From assembly GCA_016215325.1 (NCBI GenBank), contig JACRJV010000026.1, positions 31,955 through 95,954 on the forward strand: DNA of 64,000 nt. The letters run 5' to 3'. Every line of letters starts with the position of its first letter. Position 1 is the stretch's first letter. The translations under genes and the position numbers were made by a program. Positions 58,637-64,000 of the stretch are shown one piece after another. The DNA comes from Candidatus Uhrbacteria bacterium. Lineage in GTDB: Bacteria; Patescibacteriota; Patescibacteriia; JACRJV01. The notes beneath the pieces are model-generated. The model was not told the DNA's origin, made no database searches, and was given only the letters and a program-made list of their open reading frames with translations.

Positions 58637-59413
58637 TTAATTTTTCACCCGCGTTGTCCCTCTGGCGATTCTCCATTGAACAGCAACCACTGCCAAAATG
58701 ACCAGAGCAATCATACCGATATATTGCGACGGGGTCAAACCAAAATACCGTGCTTCTGGTAGTGCAATATCCGCAGCACGATTAAAATCGAGCGCAAACC
58801 GGGCCAGCCCCTTTAACGCGATAAACAAGAGCGCCACTGCTCCCGCCGAAAGTTTCTTCCGACTCAAAAAAAGGAACAAGGCGAAGATGGCTCCATCCGC
58901 GAGCGCCATCTCCAATCCCCCATCATGGCGAATCCCATCGGGGTAATTAACGCCGAGGAACAAACTGGTGAATTTTCCAGGATGATCATTGATGAAATAG
59001 CATCCAATGCGGCCGAACATGAGCCCCAGTGGCGCGGCAAACGCAAAGACATCCAGCCACTCAAGCGCTGGCAAACGGTGTCGGCGAATAAACCAATAAA
59101 CAAATAAACCAGCCCCAATAATCCCCCCGGTCGAACTCATCCCTCCGTCCCAAATCCTCACGATATCCCAGGGGTGCTCCCAAAAATAATCGGGCCGATA
59201 AAAAAAGATTTCAAACAACCGTGATCCAATGATACTGGAGAGCACAATCATCCCGGCTGCATCCCAAACGATTTTAGGATCCAATCCCACCGCGCGCGCT
59301 CTGCGCGCCGCGACAATCGTGCCAATCAAAAAACCAGCGGCAGCCATCGCTCCCCACACACTCAAGGTGATCGGTCCGAGTGGAACAGTAGTGAGTCCAA
59401 AATATGGGATCAC
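58637..59413 (-). CDS. lgt: Prolipoprotein diacylglyceryl transferase
   Basis: IIGSRL, IWDGGMS, FGRIGCY, RFALDF; GTG start 59413. Confidence 0.88.
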   Translation of the reverse strand: MIPYFGLTTVPLGPITLSVWGAMAAAGFLIGTIVAARRARAVGLDPKIVWDAAGMIVLSSIIGSRLFEIFFYRPDYFWEHPWDIVRIWDGGMSSTGGIIGAGLFVYWFIRRHRLPALEWLDVFAFAAPLGLMFGRIGCYFINDHPGKFTSLFLGVNYPDGIRHDGGLEMALADGAIFALFLFLSRKKLSAGAVALLFIALKGLARFALDFNRAADIALPEARYFGLTPSQYIGMIALVILAVVAVQWRIARGTTRVKN

Positions 59414-59436
59414 ACGGTCGTCGTTTAATGACAACA

Positions 59437-59883
59437 TCAGAGTAGGCCGAGCCTCTGGAAGGCTTTTTCAAACTCATTGAGCGCCCCCTTCAGGCGCCCA
59501 CGGGGCATATCATGATGTTCATGCACAAGATCGTTGCGCACCTTGTGCGCCCACCAGACGTCTTTCAGCTCCGGGTATTTGTGCCCAGCGACCTTGAGTC
59601 GTTCTGCTAGCGTCGTACCCGGAAGCATCATGCTTTTAAGCAATTGGTCTAGCAGGCGATCCGATCGAATGACAGCCAGTTCCAGTTGATGGGGATCGTT
59701 AGAATTGCGCATCTGCTGGATATCCCCCCATTCTGCTTTCATACGCTGGCGGTCTTGTGGGTCATGCATGCGCTGCCGGAGCCAATGGCGCAACATCCGG
59801 AATGCGAAGGCAAAAACACTGATCACAAGGAGGATCAGGACCGCTGCCGCGAAGACCGCTTGGAAGGGAGTGAGTTCTATCAT
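59437..59883 (-). CDS. Conserved hypothetical protein (TM plus HEPN-like helical domain)
   Basis: AVIRSDRLLD, GTTLAERLK, AHKVRNDLVHE. Confidence 0.72.
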   Translation of the reverse strand: MIELTPFQAVFAAAVLILLVISVFAFAFRMLRHWLRQRMHDPQDRQRMKAEWGDIQQMRNSNDPHQLELAVIRSDRLLDQLLKSMMLPGTTLAERLKVAGHKYPELKDVWWAHKVRNDLVHEHHDMPRGRLKGALNEFEKAFQRLGLL

Positions 59884-60004
59884 GGAATTCGTTGCTTGAG
59901 ATCGGAACATGGTAATGAAAAATTGAAAATAGCGCCAAGATCGTTCGTTCCCAATTTCTACGAACCATTCCCCATTACTAATTTCTATTTCCGACAACCA
60001 TTTT

Positions 60005-61546
60005 CTAGATCAATGGTTTTCTCAAATGCCACTCGGTTGCTTGCTCGTAGGCTGAACCAATCTGCAGCAATCGACCCTCATCAAAGTAATTGCCAACCAG
60101 TTGTAGGCCGATCGGGAGTTTATTTTTTGTAAACCCGCAGGGGACCACCAATCCTGGAACGCCTGCCACATTGAGCGTTACCGTAAACACATCCGCAAGA
60201 TACATTTGGAGGGGATCGTTTGATTTTTCGCCAATAGGGAACGCCGGCGTGGGGGTCGTTGGCGCTGCAATGCAATCCACTTCTTGGAATGCATTGATAA
60301 AATCTTGGCGGATCAACGTCCGAACCTTTTGCGCCTTGGCATAATAGGCATCGTAATACCCTGCCGATAGCGCATAGGTGCCAATCATGATGCGCCGGCG
60401 CACTTCCGGACCAAACCCTCGACCGCGCGAATCCCGATACACATCCAAAAGCGAAAATGACGGATGTTGCGCCAGGTATTCACGATCATTCTCTACCGAA
60501 TACCCATAGCGGATGCCATCATATCGAGCCACATCGGCGCTCACCTCGGACGGCACAATAATGTAATACACCGCCAGTCCATATTTTGTGTGCGGCAAAC
60601 TGATCGGCTTAATCTCGGCGCCCAAGTCCTTCAACTGATCAATGGCGGCGCGAACCGATTTTTCAATTTCAGCATCCATGCCTTCGATAAAATACTCGCG
60701 CGGAACGCCTACGCGCGTTCCGCGCAGATTTGAGATTTGAGACCCGCCTGCATCGCTATGCGAAGCATTGCGAGCAGATTTGAGATTTGAAATTTCTTTT
60801 TGTACGGTGACCGCATCTTTTGGGTCATGGCCAGCAATAGCTTCAAAGAGAATTTTTACATCTTCCACGGTTTTCCCAAGCGGAGCAATTTGATTGTGGC
60901 TTGCCGCCATGGGCATAAGGCCGTATCGTGAAACGCGCCCATACGTGGGCTTAAGCCCCACGATGCCACAGAAGGCCGCTGGTTGCCGGATCGATCCACC
61001 AGTATCAGACCCCAGCGCCGCAATGCACTGGTCCGCTGCCACCGCCGCTGCAGACCCACCCGAAGAACCTCCGGGCACGCGCGTGGTATCCCATGGATTG
61101 GCTGTTTTTTGGAACGCAGAATTTTCGGTAGACGCGCCCATGGCAAATTCGTCGCAATTGGTCTTGCCTAAAAATACACCGCCCGCCGCCCGCAACTTCT
61201 TAATCACGGTGGCATCGTAAACGCTCACATAATTGGCGAGAATCTTTGATGCCCCGGTCGCAAGATCACCGGCGATCAATATCACATCTTTAATCGCAAG
61301 AGGGATCCCATCCAGTACGCCCAGGCGCTTACCGGCCTTGATCCGTAAGTCGGATTCTTGGGCCTGTTGGAGAGCGTTCTGCGCGAATACAGTGATGAAG
61401 GCCTTGAGCTGTGGTTCGGTGCTCGCAATCCGATCTAGGCACGCTTGCGTCAACTCAACAGCGCTACACTCCCCGCAATTCAATCGATCAGAGGCCTGGG
61501 CAATGCTAAGCTCGTTGGGCAGGGGGTACCCGTTTTCATGAGGCAT
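60005..61546 (-). CDS. gatA: Asp/Glu-tRNA amidotransferase subunit A
   Basis: GKTNCDEFAMG, PGGSSGGSAAAV, GSDTGGSIRQPA, RRIMIGTY. Confidence 0.96.
   Translation of the reverse strand: MPHENGYPLPNELSIAQASDRLNCGECSAVELTQACLDRIASTEPQLKAFITVFAQNALQQAQESDLRIKAGKRLGVLDGIPLAIKDVILIAGDLATGASKILANYVSVYDATVIKKLRAAGGVFLGKTNCDEFAMGASTENSAFQKTANPWDTTRVPGGSSGGSAAAVAADQCIAALGSDTGGSIRQPAAFCGIVGLKPTYGRVSRYGLMPMAASHNQIAPLGKTVEDVKILFEAIAGHDPKDAVTVQKEISNLKSARNASHSDAGGSQISNLRGTRVGVPREYFIEGMDAEIEKSVRAAIDQLKDLGAEIKPISLPHTKYGLAVYYIIVPSEVSADVARYDGIRYGYSVENDREYLAQHPSFSLLDVYRDSRGRGFGPEVRRRIMIGTYALSAGYYDAYYAKAQKVRTLIRQDFINAFQEVDCIAAPTTPTPAFPIGEKSNDPLQMYLADVFTVTLNVAGVPGLVVPCGFTKNKLPIGLQLVGNYFDEGRLLQIGSAYEQATEWHLRKPLI
60724..60790. 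repeat. In-frame repeat insertion in gatA
   Basis: 17-bp direct repeat GCAGATTTGAGATTTGA (60724-60740, 60774-60790) around a 33-bp core; encodes ISNLKSARNASHSDAGGSQISNL. Confidence 0.75.
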
Positions 61547-61550
61547 ATCG

Positions 61551-61841
61551 TTATTCAAAAACCGCTTTCACTTTCAACAAATTTCCTTCGTGTTGCGGGA
61601 ACTGATTGAGGATTCGTTGGTGCTCGTCAACATTGGCCAACTCAACGCGATCTTCGCGGGTAACATCCGTAAGGCCGGTCACTTGGCTCGTGGGCTCAAC
61701 GTTGCTCGTATCCACCTCTTTCAACTGCCCAACGTAATCCAAAATCGAGGAAAGCTGCCCACGGTAGAGCTCAACTTCTTCATCGGTCAAATGCAACCGT
61801 GCGAGGTTTGCAATCTTCTTGACTTCGTCTATATTCAACAT
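61551..61841 (-). CDS. gatC: Asp/Glu-tRNA amidotransferase subunit C
   Basis: VKKIANLARL, LSSILDYV..L.EVDT..VEPT, RED. Confidence 0.93.
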   Translation of the reverse strand: MLNIDEVKKIANLARLHLTDEEVELYRGQLSSILDYVGQLKEVDTSNVEPTSQVTGLTDVTREDRVELANVDEHQRILNQFPQHEGNLLKVKAVFE

Positions 61842-61931
61842 AAGAATCGGATTAATGGGAGTCGGAAATTGGCCTCCCAATCTCTGTCTTCCAATTTCGA
61901 TTACTATTTTCTAGTTTCCAGCAACCATTTT

Positions 61932-64000
<2,069 letters not shown>

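Overview
Gene-dense bacterial chromosomal window with nearly all genes on the minus strand. It looks like a Candidate Phyla Radiation (Patescibacteria) genome, an inference from the VirB2-like pilin fusions, short 7-mer and GC-hairpin repeats, apparently leaderless genes and the basic N-terminal RpoD extension. Core genes are dnaG-rpoD, ligA-gatC-gatA, lgt, pdxS-pdxT, pckA, aspA-like plus malic enzyme, a purD-like gene, tRNA-Asn and tRNA-Ser. Accessory content includes VanW, alpha-2-macroglobulin plus MEMO1, a DUF5939 class III cyclase, GH15, an ECF sigma/MacAB module, a TA pair and a PIF1-like helicase. Three observations stand out. (1) A complete ANTAR antitermination module: a GAF-ANTAR gene followed by a promoter, twin hairpins with identical AAUGGA loops, an overlapping intrinsic terminator and an ammonium transporter, with no glnK. 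(2) Four copies of a 36-bp imperfect palindrome at 16-20 kb, two flanking a winged-helix gene in inverted orientation and two read through in-frame in coding genes. (3) Two tandem pilin-like proteins with a shared N-terminus and different putative cell-wall-lytic C-terminal domains. No CRISPR array, rRNA, integrase or transposase was seen. All product calls come from motif recognition by eye, not database searches.
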